From a virus (Duplodnaviria; Caudoviricetes), in IMG/VR virus record IMGVR_UViG_3300020027_000010, positions 1-56,778 of that record: a stretch of DNA of 56,778 nucleotides; one strand, written 5' to 3'. Every line of letters begins with the position of its first letter. Position 1 is the first letter of the stretch. Under the pieces are notes generated by a model, which worked only from the letters and a program-made list of their open reading frames with translations, was not told the DNA's origin and made no database searches. Shown in pieces: positions 28,934 through 37,604 of the stretch. Position numbers and translations under genes: made by a program.

Positions 28934-29722
28934 TCACATCGGATTCAATTCACCCAGCGCCGGCAGCTTCGCCCACTCGTATGGTGCATCTTTATCCAGG
29001 CCATCTTCACGGAGTTTTGCCGTGGCAATGGTAGCCACCGGGAAGTACTGCAGATCTTCAGAAGGCATCTCATAAGCGAGGATCTCGGCATATCTTTCTT
29101 TGCTTAAGTCCTTTGACAAGAATTCCTTACTCATCTCCAGCGGTAGAAATAGCGGCATGCGCCACCGGTTTTCGCCATCGTTGTGAATGTTCCTCATCAC
29201 CTCGTTTGCAGCCCTGGTGATCATGGAGAAGGTGTACGTGGGAATGACCTCTCCGGTTTGTACGTCTGCTAATTCCGCTCTGGAATAAAGACCAGGGAGA
29301 AAGAATACAGTTTGGTCGCAGGGTTTTATAAAATATGGGACCTTCTTTTTCCAACCCTGAATGCCGCGGTGCTCATACGTCCCTGTAACCGGAATCAGAC
29401 ATCTTTTGTCCTGAATTTTATTCCAGTACACTTTTGGGTCGTTCAGGATCCGTTCCGACCGCGCATTGAGCATGAAGTTTCGATTCTTCATGTCCGGTTT
29501 CACTTTCCGGAAGTGTTCAATGATTCCCCACTCCATCAACTGCAGATGAATTTCGGTTTCATCGCGTGGGATGTAAAGAATCGGATGAGAAGCAAACACG
29601 CCAACCCCCTGCACATGGTCCATTGGTCCAATATCGTACTGAAGGTTGTCGTGTTCAAGCAGATAGGGGAAATATTCCCGAATCATTCTGGCTGACATTT
29701 TTCTGGCGACTCTATTGCACAT
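28934..29722 (-). CDS. SOS-response-associated peptidase (SRAP/YedK family)
   Basis: N-terminal MCNR (Cys2), LNARSE, RCLIP..G.YE, IHN...RMP. Confidence 0.92.
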   Translation of the reverse strand: MCNRVARKMSARMIREYFPYLLEHDNLQYDIGPMDHVQGVGVFASHPILYIPRDETEIHLQLMEWGIIEHFRKVKPDMKNRNFMLNARSERILNDPKVYWNKIQDKRCLIPVTGTYEHRGIQGWKKKVPYFIKPCDQTVFFLPGLYSRAELADVQTGEVIPTYTFSMITRAANEVMRNIHNDGENRWRMPLFLPLEMSKEFLSKDLSKERYAEILAYEMPSEDLQYFPVATIATAKLREDGLDKDAPYEWAKLPALGELNPM

Positions 29723-29726
29723 GGGT

Positions 29727-29753
29727 CGAATTTAAGAACTTTTCATAAGTTCG
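29727..29753. promoter_or_regulatory. Back-to-back Bacteroidota -7-like elements
   Basis: TAAATTCG-N4-ATG on the minus strand (SRAP) and TAAGTTCG-N4-ATG on the plus strand (ORF 29758). Confidence 0.5.
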
Positions 29754-29757
29754 CCTT

Positions 29758-30000
29758 ATGCACCCTGCACCCATTCCAATCAGCTACAAGGACTTCGCCG
29801 GTACTTTAACCACTGGCCATCAGGCTCCTACCGCTTACGTTGTGATGCGTGGGAATAGAGTACAAGGACAGTTCAACCTGATGCTGGATGGATGGCATTA
29901 TTATCCCAATGACAAGGGCTATCGAGATGATGGATTTGAACCGTACCTCATAGAATTAGTAACTGAGGGGATCGCTAAAAATCCGGGGACAGAGCAATGA
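29758..30000 (+). CDS. Hypothetical protein
   Basis: 80 aa ORF divergent from SRAP with a promoter-like element. Confidence 0.55.
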   Translation: MHPAPIPISYKDFAGTLTTGHQAPTAYVVMRGNRVQGQFNLMLDGWHYYPNDKGYRDDGFEPYLIELVTEGIAKNPGTEQ

Positions 30001-31261
30001 TCTGTTTGTGATGGATCTCCTTGAGCTTGGTGATGTACTTCATCGTCATGAATTTACTGGTGTGGCCGTACATTTCCTTCAGGGCTTCCAGGTCGATGCC
30101 GGCCATGATCTTGTCATCACCACCGGTGTGCTTGGCTGCATAAAGGTGTTTTTTGATCTGCAGTGTGTCGATCACTACTTTTTTCCACAGCTTGGTGACC
30201 GTATCCCGTTTGATCCTGGTCATGGAGGGCCGGAAATATTTCTCATGAAAGGCGCCATGTCCTTTTGTCGATGACCCCGCATTCCCGCGGCCGGGAGAGA
30301 AAGGGCTGCCAAAGATGTAGCACCCCGGTTGGTGGTCATGCTCCAGCCATTCCCTGAGCAGGAGAAAAAGTGAGTCGACCAGCGGAATCAACCTGATGCC
30401 TTTGGTCTTCGAGTTATCTCTATCCGCATCAGGATTCAGTGTAATCACTTTGGTGGCCATGTTGATATCACTCACACGCAGCGCCAACACCTCATTTGGA
30501 CGCATGCCCGTGTGATAGATCATCATGAGGTACACGAAGAATCCATAATTATGGATGAAGAGGTGTTCCCGGATCCTTTTCTTTTCCTCATCAGTGTAAG
30601 GCAAAAACTTCCTGGTCTCTGTCACGGGCAGCTCCTTGATCCTGGAGGCAGGGTTTCCAGTGATCACCTCATATTGTTCCAGCCTGGCCAGGACGGCCCT
30701 GAAGTATCCCATGTGTTTATTGAATGCTTTGTTGGACCATTTGTAAGTCTGGCGGCAGTGATCAAGCAGATACTTGATATGTTTACGCTTGATGACATCG
30801 ATCTGCAGGGAAGCGAAATCAAATTGCGAGGGCGAGCCAGTGATCAGAACAGCAAGGGATGCCTTCATGATCCTGTTCGCTGAATTTCTATAATTGTGCA
30901 GGGTCCGGGGAGCTGCTTCACACTTTGATAGTGCAAAGGTCACCGCATCCCGAAAAGTCATCTTGGAGAGCTCATTGATATCACCCAGAGGGTCATGCGA
31001 TACTTCAGGGAACTTCCCGGTGATCGGATTCCATCCCTGTCTTAGTGAGGTCCGTATCGCTTCACACATCGCCCTGGCTTCCTTCAGCCTTTCCCCGAAA
31101 GATCTAATCTCATTCAGATTCCGGCGAATCAGAAATTGCTTTTGCTTTCCGCTATCCGTGTTGAAGAAGCGAAAGTTGATGGACCACTTCCGGCTCATGT
31201 CGGCCGGCTTGGGATCCTTGGGGCAAATCTGAGGATCGGAAAATGGTCGGAATCTTTGCAT
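29975..31261 (-). CDS. int: Tyrosine recombinase/integrase
   Basis: TGMRPNE (R), NSKTK (K), YAAKHTG, YGHT, TMKY (Y); SAM-like core domain. Confidence 0.93.
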   Translation of the reverse strand: MQRFRPFSDPQICPKDPKPADMSRKWSINFRFFNTDSGKQKQFLIRRNLNEIRSFGERLKEARAMCEAIRTSLRQGWNPITGKFPEVSHDPLGDINELSKMTFRDAVTFALSKCEAAPRTLHNYRNSANRIMKASLAVLITGSPSQFDFASLQIDVIKRKHIKYLLDHCRQTYKWSNKAFNKHMGYFRAVLARLEQYEVITGNPASRIKELPVTETRKFLPYTDEEKKRIREHLFIHNYGFFVYLMMIYHTGMRPNEVLALRVSDINMATKVITLNPDADRDNSKTKGIRLIPLVDSLFLLLREWLEHDHQPGCYIFGSPFSPGRGNAGSSTKGHGAFHEKYFRPSMTRIKRDTVTKLWKKVVIDTLQIKKHLYAAKHTGGDDKIMAGIDLEALKEMYGHTSKFMTMKYITKLKEIHHKQIIALSPDF

Positions 31262-31271
31262 GGCTGTTTTT

Positions 31272-31485
31272 TGTTAAACAAGTTGTTAAACGTAAGAACA
31301 GCGAGGCCTCGGAAGCGCAAGAGATTCAATGAACTAAGAAAAAGAGAGCGGAGAGAGAGGGAATTAATCATTCTCTTTCTCCCATACCCTCGCCCGTTGA
31401 ATCTCAATCACTTCCAAAATCCACTCACTGTATAACAGATATTCTACGCCTGTTTAAAAAAGTCAGCTGTTAAACGTTGTTAAAC
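31272..31485. other. attP: tRNA-Ser 3'-end core flanked by arm-type repeats
   Basis: GCGGAGAGAGAGGGA at 31348-31362 is the reverse complement of the tRNA-Ser 3' end TCCCTCTCTCTCCGC. TGTTAAAC repeats occur at 31272, 31284, 31468 and 31478. Confidence 0.78.
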
Positions 31486-31497
31486 GCTGCAGACTGA

Positions 31498-31839
31498 CTA
31501 TTTTCCCAGGGCTTTTATCTTTCTCTGTAGCGAGCTGACGGTCGTTTCCAGCTGCTGCACTCTTTGATCAATCGGTTTAATATCCGTCTTTGACAACTTC
31601 CTCTCTCCCCTATTTAAGATCAGCCAATTTGCACTGTATCCATATTTGATGCACGCTTCTGCCAGCTTATCGACGGACGGAACCCTGCCCCCACTTTGCA
31701 TGAGACTGATGTTTTGGGAGTGTTCACCAATGCTTTTAGCAAATTCTGTCATGCTCGAAGCATGGCCTTCGTGAATGACCTCCTCGCAGAGCTGCAGGAA
31801 ACGCTGGGTGATGCCTGGTGTATGTGTTTTAGTACTCAA
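31498..31839 (-). CDS. XRE-family HTH regulator
   Basis: EFAKSIGEHSQNISLMQSGGRVPS...YSANWLILNRGE. Confidence 0.82.
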   Translation of the reverse strand: MSTKTHTPGITQRFLQLCEEVIHEGHASSMTEFAKSIGEHSQNISLMQSGGRVPSVDKLAEACIKYGYSANWLILNRGERKLSKTDIKPIDQRVQQLETTVSSLQRKIKALGK

Positions 31840-32094
31840 TCAATCTTGTTTTGTGCATTTCATCGGGACAGTCTCCTTCTCAGTTTCCCCGCCGTTGCTG
31901 CTCGTTGAGAAAGTATAACCATCGTCCTCAAATTTTTTGATCTCATGTTCTGTCTTGTCACACTTATCAAATTCTTTTACAAAATCTGGATTAGAGGATA
32001 GGGTGACACATTTCCAACAATAAGTGCCCTGGATCTTCCGGCATGAGATCGCGCTACATGACAGAATTAAAAAAAGCAAAGCAATCCTTTTCAT
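31840..32094 (-). CDS. Small lipoprotein
   Basis: MKRIALLFLILSCSAISC signal/lipobox; four further Cys in the mature part. Confidence 0.7.
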   Translation of the reverse strand: MKRIALLFLILSCSAISCRKIQGTYCWKCVTLSSNPDFVKEFDKCDKTEHEIKKFEDDGYTFSTSSNGGETEKETVPMKCTKQD

Positions 32095-32270
32095 TTCTAT
32101 GGTTTAAAGTTTGACTTCGATCAAAAGCGTTCTTGGTAGGATATTTTCTCGTAATTGTACTATGAAGGTGTGGATGTTGGTGAGTATTTTGAGCCTCCTG
32201 TTTCCATGGAGAACCATGTTATCATGTTTCTTAACCTTAATCCTTCCCAACCCCATGGAATTTAAATGCC

Positions 32271-32831
32271 TTACCTGTCCACAATCGATGCATTGTCCTT
32301 TACACCGAATGTCTGAAGATATTCGCCGGCTGTCCTGCTTATTTGAGCCAGAATCTCAGCCTCCTTCTTCTTGTTACCCCCAGCATCCTTTAGAGCCCCG
32401 TACTTCAACCCGGCTTTTACTTCAGCCAGCACCACCTGTTGAGTGGTGGCCAGTGAGCTTAAACTAGACTCCAGCATTCTTTCCAGAAAGTCATTTTGTT
32501 TCTTCAGGACCTGAATAAGCTCCTCATCCCTGGCATCTCGCTGGGGATTTTTCATGTCTACACCAGGGCCAGGATCCTTGGATGGCTCTTTTTCACTGGA
32601 ATTGGTTCCAGGAGGAAGTGTTCCATGTGGAACATATTTCCAGGTCCTGTCTTTCAACCAGTTTTCAATTCTTAGTTTGTCTTCGTACCCAGGCGTTGAT
32701 TTGCCCTGTTCCCATTTGTATATCCGCTCCATCGGAATATCAAGCTGGGTACTGATTTTAGGCACGGAAACTTTTCGGGCTTTACGCGCCAACTTCAACT
32801 TTTCCCCTATGGGGTCTTTAACCTTTTCCAA
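32271..32831 (-). CDS. CI-like XRE repressor lacking an S24 peptidase domain
   Basis: IGEKLKLARKARKVS...IYKWEQGKSTP HTH; divergent from a cro-like gene. Confidence 0.8.
   Translation of the reverse strand: MEKVKDPIGEKLKLARKARKVSVPKISTQLDIPMERIYKWEQGKSTPGYEDKLRIENWLKDRTWKYVPHGTLPPGTNSSEKEPSKDPGPGVDMKNPQRDARDEELIQVLKKQNDFLERMLESSLSSLATTQQVVLAEVKAGLKYGALKDAGGNKKKEAEILAQISRTAGEYLQTFGVKDNASIVDR
32619..32634. promoter_or_regulatory. parS-like palindrome
   Basis: TGTTCCATGTGGAACA, 15/16 match to the parS sequence TGTTCCACGTGGAACA. Confidence 0.55.
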
Positions 32832-32848
32832 TGTAGACTAAATATTTT

Positions 32849-32902
32849 TAGAAAATAATTCCATTTTAATTTGGAATCTGGAATATATTTCCATTATCTT
32901 TG
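32849..32902 (+). promoter_or_regulatory. Early rightward promoter with overlapping operators
   Basis: TTTG (32870-73), 21 nt spacer, TATCTTTG (32895-902). Palindromes TGGAA-TATAT-TTCCA (32879-93) and TAGAA-AATAA-TTCCA (32849-63). Confidence 0.75.
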
Positions 32903-32924
32903 AATATCAATTTAACTAAAAAAT

Positions 32925-33155
32925 TTGGAAATGGTTATCTCAGATCAAGCCATTGCGGCCATTAAAAAAAACAACAGGATCATCGGCAGACTCATGATGG
33001 CCTTTGATATGGGCCAGAATACCATTGAAAACTGGATGAAAAACAAGGACGTCAGACTTACGACTCCTACTGCTGTAGAAATCATTCGTGAAGAAACTGG
33101 ACTAAAGGAGGAGGAAATATTGGTTGCCGTATCGGCAAATGCAGCAAGTGCTTAA
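32925..33155 (+). CDS. Cro-like small regulator
   Basis: First gene of the rightward early operon; LMMAFDMGQNTIENW HTH-like segment. Confidence 0.65.
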   Translation: MEMVISDQAIAAIKKNNRIIGRLMMAFDMGQNTIENWMKNKDVRLTTPTAVEIIREETGLKEEEILVAVSANAASA

Positions 33156-33204
33156 CAAAGCTATATAAAGTAATCAAATTCTGCAACAGTTTATCAAATA
33201 AATT

Positions 33205-33390
33205 ATGCCGAAGGCCGAACACATTAAACTTCTCAGCGACCTCGGAAGCGCTCTCCTGGTGGCCCAACAGGCTTATCAGGAACTGCAAAAGCGACTGGAA
33301 CCTGGTGTTCCAGCTCGCCAGCGCAGGAATCAGAAGACGCACCGGGTGGCCAAGTATACTGAAATGATTCGCAAAACAGGAAGGATATGA
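33205..33390 (+). CDS. Hypothetical protein
   Basis: 61 aa, coupled to the next gene. Confidence 0.55.
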   Translation: MPKAEHIKLLSDLGSALLVAQQAYQELQKRLEPGVPARQRRNQKTHRVAKYTEMIRKTGRI

Positions 33391-33629
33391 CACACACTAT
33401 CGAAGTAAAACAAGAACACCTTAACAAAGGGAAAAAACATAAATGTAATGAGTGCCCCGTTGCATTAGCATTAAAGGATGCGGGTTTCAGTGGTGTAAAC
33501 GTCACCTACTTTTCAGCAACCCTGAACGGGACATATGTCCCATTGTCGAAGACAGTGGAGTCTTATATCAAGGCGTTTGATGCGGACAAACCTGTATCTC
33601 CCTTCACTTTTCAAGTCGAATTCCCATGA
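33387..33629 (+). CDS. Hypothetical protein (CxxCPVA motif)
   Basis: 80 aa, ATGA overlaps. Confidence 0.65.
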   Translation: MTHTIEVKQEHLNKGKKHKCNECPVALALKDAGFSGVNVTYFSATLNGTYVPLSKTVESYIKAFDADKPVSPFTFQVEFP

Positions 33630-33886
33630 CCCTCACATCAACCACTCAGCAGAATGACCGCAAAGGCTTCCTGGAATCCGGGCTCATTGTGACAGTCGAT
33701 TATGATGCAGACAAAGACCTGGTCGATCACATCCTAATGGTGAAAGTGCGCAATTACAAGACCGGCGCTATGACCGACATCACCGCCATCCTGTTCGACA
33801 TGTTCCCTGATGGCCTGCAAGCTATCCTGACTGAGATCAAATGGAAAACATTAATTCCTGAACTACCCTTAATCCCCACCCAATGA
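33626..33886 (+). CDS. Hypothetical protein
   Basis: 86 aa, ATGA overlaps. Confidence 0.6.
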   Translation: MTLTSTTQQNDRKGFLESGLIVTVDYDADKDLVDHILMVKVRNYKTGAMTDITAILFDMFPDGLQAILTEIKWKTLIPELPLIPTQ

Positions 33887-34098
33887 AAATGATAATTCTT
33901 TTTTGTTTCCCGATCATTTTACTGCTGATCGTCGTGCTGATATCCCTGATAAGACTTGCAATCGCTCAACAAAATTTCATTAATCATTTCAGCAATGACA
34001 CTCCTGCAGTTAACAGCATTTTTCCTGGTGATGATAGTGGGGATAATACTCTCAAGAGCAGGAGAGGGCGATGGAGCAAACGTGGAAGGGGACTGTGA
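33883..34098 (+). CDS. Small membrane protein
   Basis: N-terminal hydrophobic stretch; ATGA overlap with the upstream gene. Confidence 0.45.
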   Translation: MKMIILFCFPIILLLIVVLISLIRLAIAQQNFINHFSNDTPAVNSIFPGDDSGDNTLKSRRGRWSKRGRGL

Positions 34099-34291
34099 GC
34101 GTGAGTTCCTGGTGATTGACAATCAAATTAGAAAGTGTACAAATGAAAAAGTGTTGCGTCGGTTGGAGTTCGATGTCAAGCAATTCCGGCTCAATAGAAG
34201 ATACCGAAAGGTCCAGGCATTCAAAGTCTACAGCGGTCGATTAAATGCCGGACTCCAGAATAAAAGAAGGGCGATTAGTGCCTGGGTTTAG
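33995..34291 (+). CDS. Membrane-anchored hypothetical protein
   Basis: MTLLQLTAFFLVMIVGIILS TM segment, then a basic domain. Confidence 0.5.
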   Translation: MTLLQLTAFFLVMIVGIILSRAGEGDGANVEGDCEREFLVIDNQIRKCTNEKVLRRLEFDVKQFRLNRRYRKVQAFKVYSGRLNAGLQNKRRAISAWV

Positions 34292-34303
34292 GGTTTATGG
34301 GTC

Positions 34304-34333
34304 GCCAGCCCTGTAATGGGGCTGGCTTTTTTT
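34304..34333 (+). terminator. Intrinsic terminator
   Basis: GCCAGCCC-loop-GGGCTGGC followed by T7. Confidence 0.85.
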
Positions 34334-34347
34334 AAAATTATTAGTCA

Positions 34348-34650
34348 ATGACTTTCGAAGCAACAATATCAACAATTCTTAAGTGGATCGATTCCTGTGA
34401 AACCACTGAGCAGCTCAATCTCTGTAATGACGCGATCGATGTGTTTATGATCTCCCGTTTCAGGCATCACATCGAGCCATTCCGGATGAGCCTCGCCGAA
34501 AGCAAATTGCTCGGTGCCTTTATGGACAAACGAACTTTTTTAAGGGCTCAAAAATCAACGGCGCCGGAATCAGTGAAGAAGCCTGATGAGGAATATGATT
34601 TCGGTGAACATGGGCCTTCATTCGAGGATGAAGCGGGAATAGCTCTATAA
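34348..34650 (+). CDS. Hypothetical protein
   Basis: 100 aa; WIDSCETTEQL motif. Confidence 0.6.
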   Translation: MTFEATISTILKWIDSCETTEQLNLCNDAIDVFMISRFRHHIEPFRMSLAESKLLGAFMDKRTFLRAQKSTAPESVKKPDEEYDFGEHGPSFEDEAGIAL

Positions 34651-34669
34651 CCATTCAATCATTAAGAAT

Positions 34670-36634
34670 ATGAAAAGTATCACCCTCAAAAAGCTGGATA
34701 TCACAAACTTTAAAGGCGTTCATCGCCTGACCATTGACTTCAATCCCGTTACCTATATATCAGGCGATAATGCCACTTTCAAGACAACAATATTTGATGC
34801 ATTCACCTGGATGTTGTTTGGAAAGGACAGCGCCGATCGCGAAGGCTTCCAGATAAAGCGCCTGGACCTCGATGGCAACCCAATTCAGAAGACGGAGTGT
34901 GAGGTCCTCGGTGAATTGGATGTTAACGGAAAGGAAGTCACTATCAAGCGAATCTTCAAAGAGATCTGGACCAAGAAGCGCGGGTCTGAGGAGGCTGTGT
35001 TTTCCGGCAATGAGCAATTGTTCTATTACAATGACGTGCCGCTGAAAGCTGGTGAGTACCAGGCTAAGATCAATGGGCTCATCGATGGGGAGATCTTCAA
35101 GCTGATCACCAATGTTCTCTATTTCAATACCAACAACAGCAAATGGGGATGGCAGCAACGCAGGAAGATCCTGGTGGATATGGCTGGCGCGATCGATGAC
35201 GAATCCCTACTGGCAACTGACAGCCGATTTGCTTCGCTGGTGGCTCAGCTCCAAAACGTTTCCCTGGCTGAACTCAAGAAGACGATCGCTGCGAAGAAAA
35301 AGAAATTGAAGGATGAGCTCGACATGATCCCGGTCCGGGTCGATGAGTTATCCAGGAGCCTTCCCAAACCACTGGACTGGATAACCATCAAAAGCGATAT
35401 CCATTACCATCAGGCCGAAGTGAAGGCCATCGATGAGATCCTGGCTGACAAGTCCAAGAAGTCCGATGCTGATTTTAAGATCCTCCAGGACCATCAGCGC
35501 AAGGTATACGAGCTGCAGAGTAAGAAGGATCGCCAGTACTACGCAGTGAAGGAGGTTTATGATCGCCAGCTGCAGGATGCCGGCAAGGATCTCCGTAACA
35601 AAAAGTCCGAACTGCTGGATATCGACCGCCAGCTGACTTCCAAAACACAGTATCTCACATCAATTTCAACACGAATAAAGGATCTCCAGACTTCCATCGA
35701 CAAAAAGCGTCAGGAATGGGCGGCGATCAATTCCGAGACCATCAAAATTGATGAGCACGTTTTTATCTGCCCCTCATGCAAACGGGCACTCGATCCGATC
35801 GATATCGATGACAAGCGCAACCTGCTGGAGGCAAACTTTAATGATGATAAAGCAAAGAAGTTGTCAGGCATCCAGATCATCGGTAAAAAGCTTTCCACCG
35901 AATTGTCCGGGCTGGAAAGTGAGGTCGAAATTTACAAAGCCGAAGTCGCTTCCCTGACAAGTCAGAAGGCCAGTGTCGAAGCGGCGATCACAACCCTCGT
36001 CCATCAGGAGCAGCAGACACCACAGCCTTTGGAAACCTTTCTCGATGCGGACAACACCTATCAAACCATTCTTAAGGAGCTTTCCGAACTCACCGCAAAA
36101 ACTCCTCAGACAGCAACGCCTGATAATACTTCAGAGTTGAATTCAAAACAGCAACATGTCGGTAAACTGGATGAGTTAAAGAGACAGCTCGGTCTCAAAG
36201 ATCAGATCGACAACGGCAATACCCGGATCGCGGAATTACAGAAGCAGGAAAAGAGCTATGCTCAGCAGTTGGCTGATCTGGAGTCCACTGAATTCCTCAT
36301 CAACGAATTCAGCAAGGCCAAGATCGAGATGGTGGAATCCAGGATCAATGGCAAATTCAAAGTCGTTCGGTTCAAGATGTTCAAGACACTGATAAACGGT
36401 GGCGAGGAAGAGGCCTGCGAGGCCATGGTTGACGGCGTTCCGTTCTCCGATCTCAATACCGCTTCCAAGATTAATGCTGGGCTGGACATCATCAATGCGC
36501 TCTGTGAACACTACCAGGTACACGCTCCGATCTTCATCGATAACCGGGAAAGCGTCAGCGAACTTCTGCAGAGCGATAGCCAGATAGTAAACCTCATTGT
36601 CACACGCGGTCAGGCTGAATTGAAAGTAGCCTGA
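34670..36634 (+). CDS. SbcC/Rad50-like coiled-coil ATPase
   Basis: NFKG, GDNATFKTT Walker A, CPSC zinc hook, PIFIDNRES Walker B. Confidence 0.88.
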   Translation: MKSITLKKLDITNFKGVHRLTIDFNPVTYISGDNATFKTTIFDAFTWMLFGKDSADREGFQIKRLDLDGNPIQKTECEVLGELDVNGKEVTIKRIFKEIWTKKRGSEEAVFSGNEQLFYYNDVPLKAGEYQAKINGLIDGEIFKLITNVLYFNTNNSKWGWQQRRKILVDMAGAIDDESLLATDSRFASLVAQLQNVSLAELKKTIAAKKKKLKDELDMIPVRVDELSRSLPKPLDWITIKSDIHYHQAEVKAIDEILADKSKKSDADFKILQDHQRKVYELQSKKDRQYYAVKEVYDRQLQDAGKDLRNKKSELLDIDRQLTSKTQYLTSISTRIKDLQTSIDKKRQEWAAINSETIKIDEHVFICPSCKRALDPIDIDDKRNLLEANFNDDKAKKLSGIQIIGKKLSTELSGLESEVEIYKAEVASLTSQKASVEAAITTLVHQEQQTPQPLETFLDADNTYQTILKELSELTAKTPQTATPDNTSELNSKQQHVGKLDELKRQLGLKDQIDNGNTRIAELQKQEKSYAQQLADLESTEFLINEFSKAKIEMVESRINGKFKVVRFKMFKTLINGGEEEACEAMVDGVPFSDLNTASKINAGLDIINALCEHYQVHAPIFIDNRESVSELLQSDSQIVNLIVTRGQAELKVA

Positions 36635-36650
36635 TCACAAACCCATAATC

Positions 36651-37604
36651 ATGAATCAACTCGTGAAAGAACCCACACAAAAACCCATTGAGAAAACATC
36701 TGAAAATGGCAATGTGCCCGCCGTGATCCAGGAGTCGATCGTGGATCAGATTTTAAACAAAGTGTCGAGATTTCAAACTGAGGGCGGTCTAATGCTTCCC
36801 GGTGACTATAGTGCCGAGAACGCTATTCGCTCCGCCTGGCTCATACTGCAGGATACGCTCGACAAAAACAGCAAACCGGTACTTCAGTCTTGTACAAGGC
36901 AAAGTATAGCCAATTCCCTGTTTGACATGGTGACCAAAGCTCTGTCAGTTGCAAAGAAACAGGGATATTTTATCGCTTATGGCAACGAGCTGGCCTTTGA
37001 TGAATCCTACCTGGGTGCTATCGCGATCGCGAAAAGAACTGCGGATGTGAAAGACGTGTATCCCATGCCAGTCTATAAGGATGATGAATTCACTTACGAA
37101 ATCAAGAAGGGCAAATTCCGAGTACTATCCCATGTACAGAATTTAGCAAACATTGCAAAAGACAAGCTGGTCGGCGCTTACGCTATCATAGAATACAATG
37201 ATGGCAGAGAGGATTGTGAAATCATGTCGATGGAGCAGATTCGTGATGCCTGGAATCAAGGGCCAATTAAAGGGCAATCACCAGCCCATAAAAACTTCCC
37301 GGATCAGATGGCCATGAAAACGGTGATCAAACGTGGTTTGAAGATCGATATCGGATCCTCCGATGACAGCAACCTTTTTGTTAACCGGCGGGATCCGGTA
37401 TCTGCGCATATTCAGCAAGAGATAAACGCCGGCGCTAACCGCAAGACTATGTCGATGCCTGAACAGACTCAGGACGTCGAGGCAATTGCCGAGGACGCTT
37501 CTGTCGATAAAACAACTGGTGAAGTTTTCACCCCTGATGAAAAGGTTTCAGAGAAACAAGTGAATGGAAAAGCTTCCACTCAAACCCTGGGCCCTGGCTT
37601 CTGA
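36651..37604 (+). CDS. recT: RecT-family single-strand annealing protein
   Basis: QGYFIAYG, VYKDDEF, VGAYA, FPDQMAMKTVIKR. Confidence 0.9.
   Translation: MNQLVKEPTQKPIEKTSENGNVPAVIQESIVDQILNKVSRFQTEGGLMLPGDYSAENAIRSAWLILQDTLDKNSKPVLQSCTRQSIANSLFDMVTKALSVAKKQGYFIAYGNELAFDESYLGAIAIAKRTADVKDVYPMPVYKDDEFTYEIKKGKFRVLSHVQNLANIAKDKLVGAYAIIEYNDGREDCEIMSMEQIRDAWNQGPIKGQSPAHKNFPDQMAMKTVIKRGLKIDIGSSDDSNLFVNRRDPVSAHIQQEINAGANRKTMSMPEQTQDVEAIAEDASVDKTTGEVFTPDEKVSEKQVNGKASTQTLGPGF

Noticed and set aside
31348-31362. tRNA-Ser gene
   Set aside because: Only the last 15 nt match; the T-loop and the rest of the cloverleaf are absent, so it is an att core.
32104-32256. 50-aa minus-strand ORF between the repressor and the lipoprotein
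   Set aside because: It fits the gap but has no recognisable motif; insufficient support.
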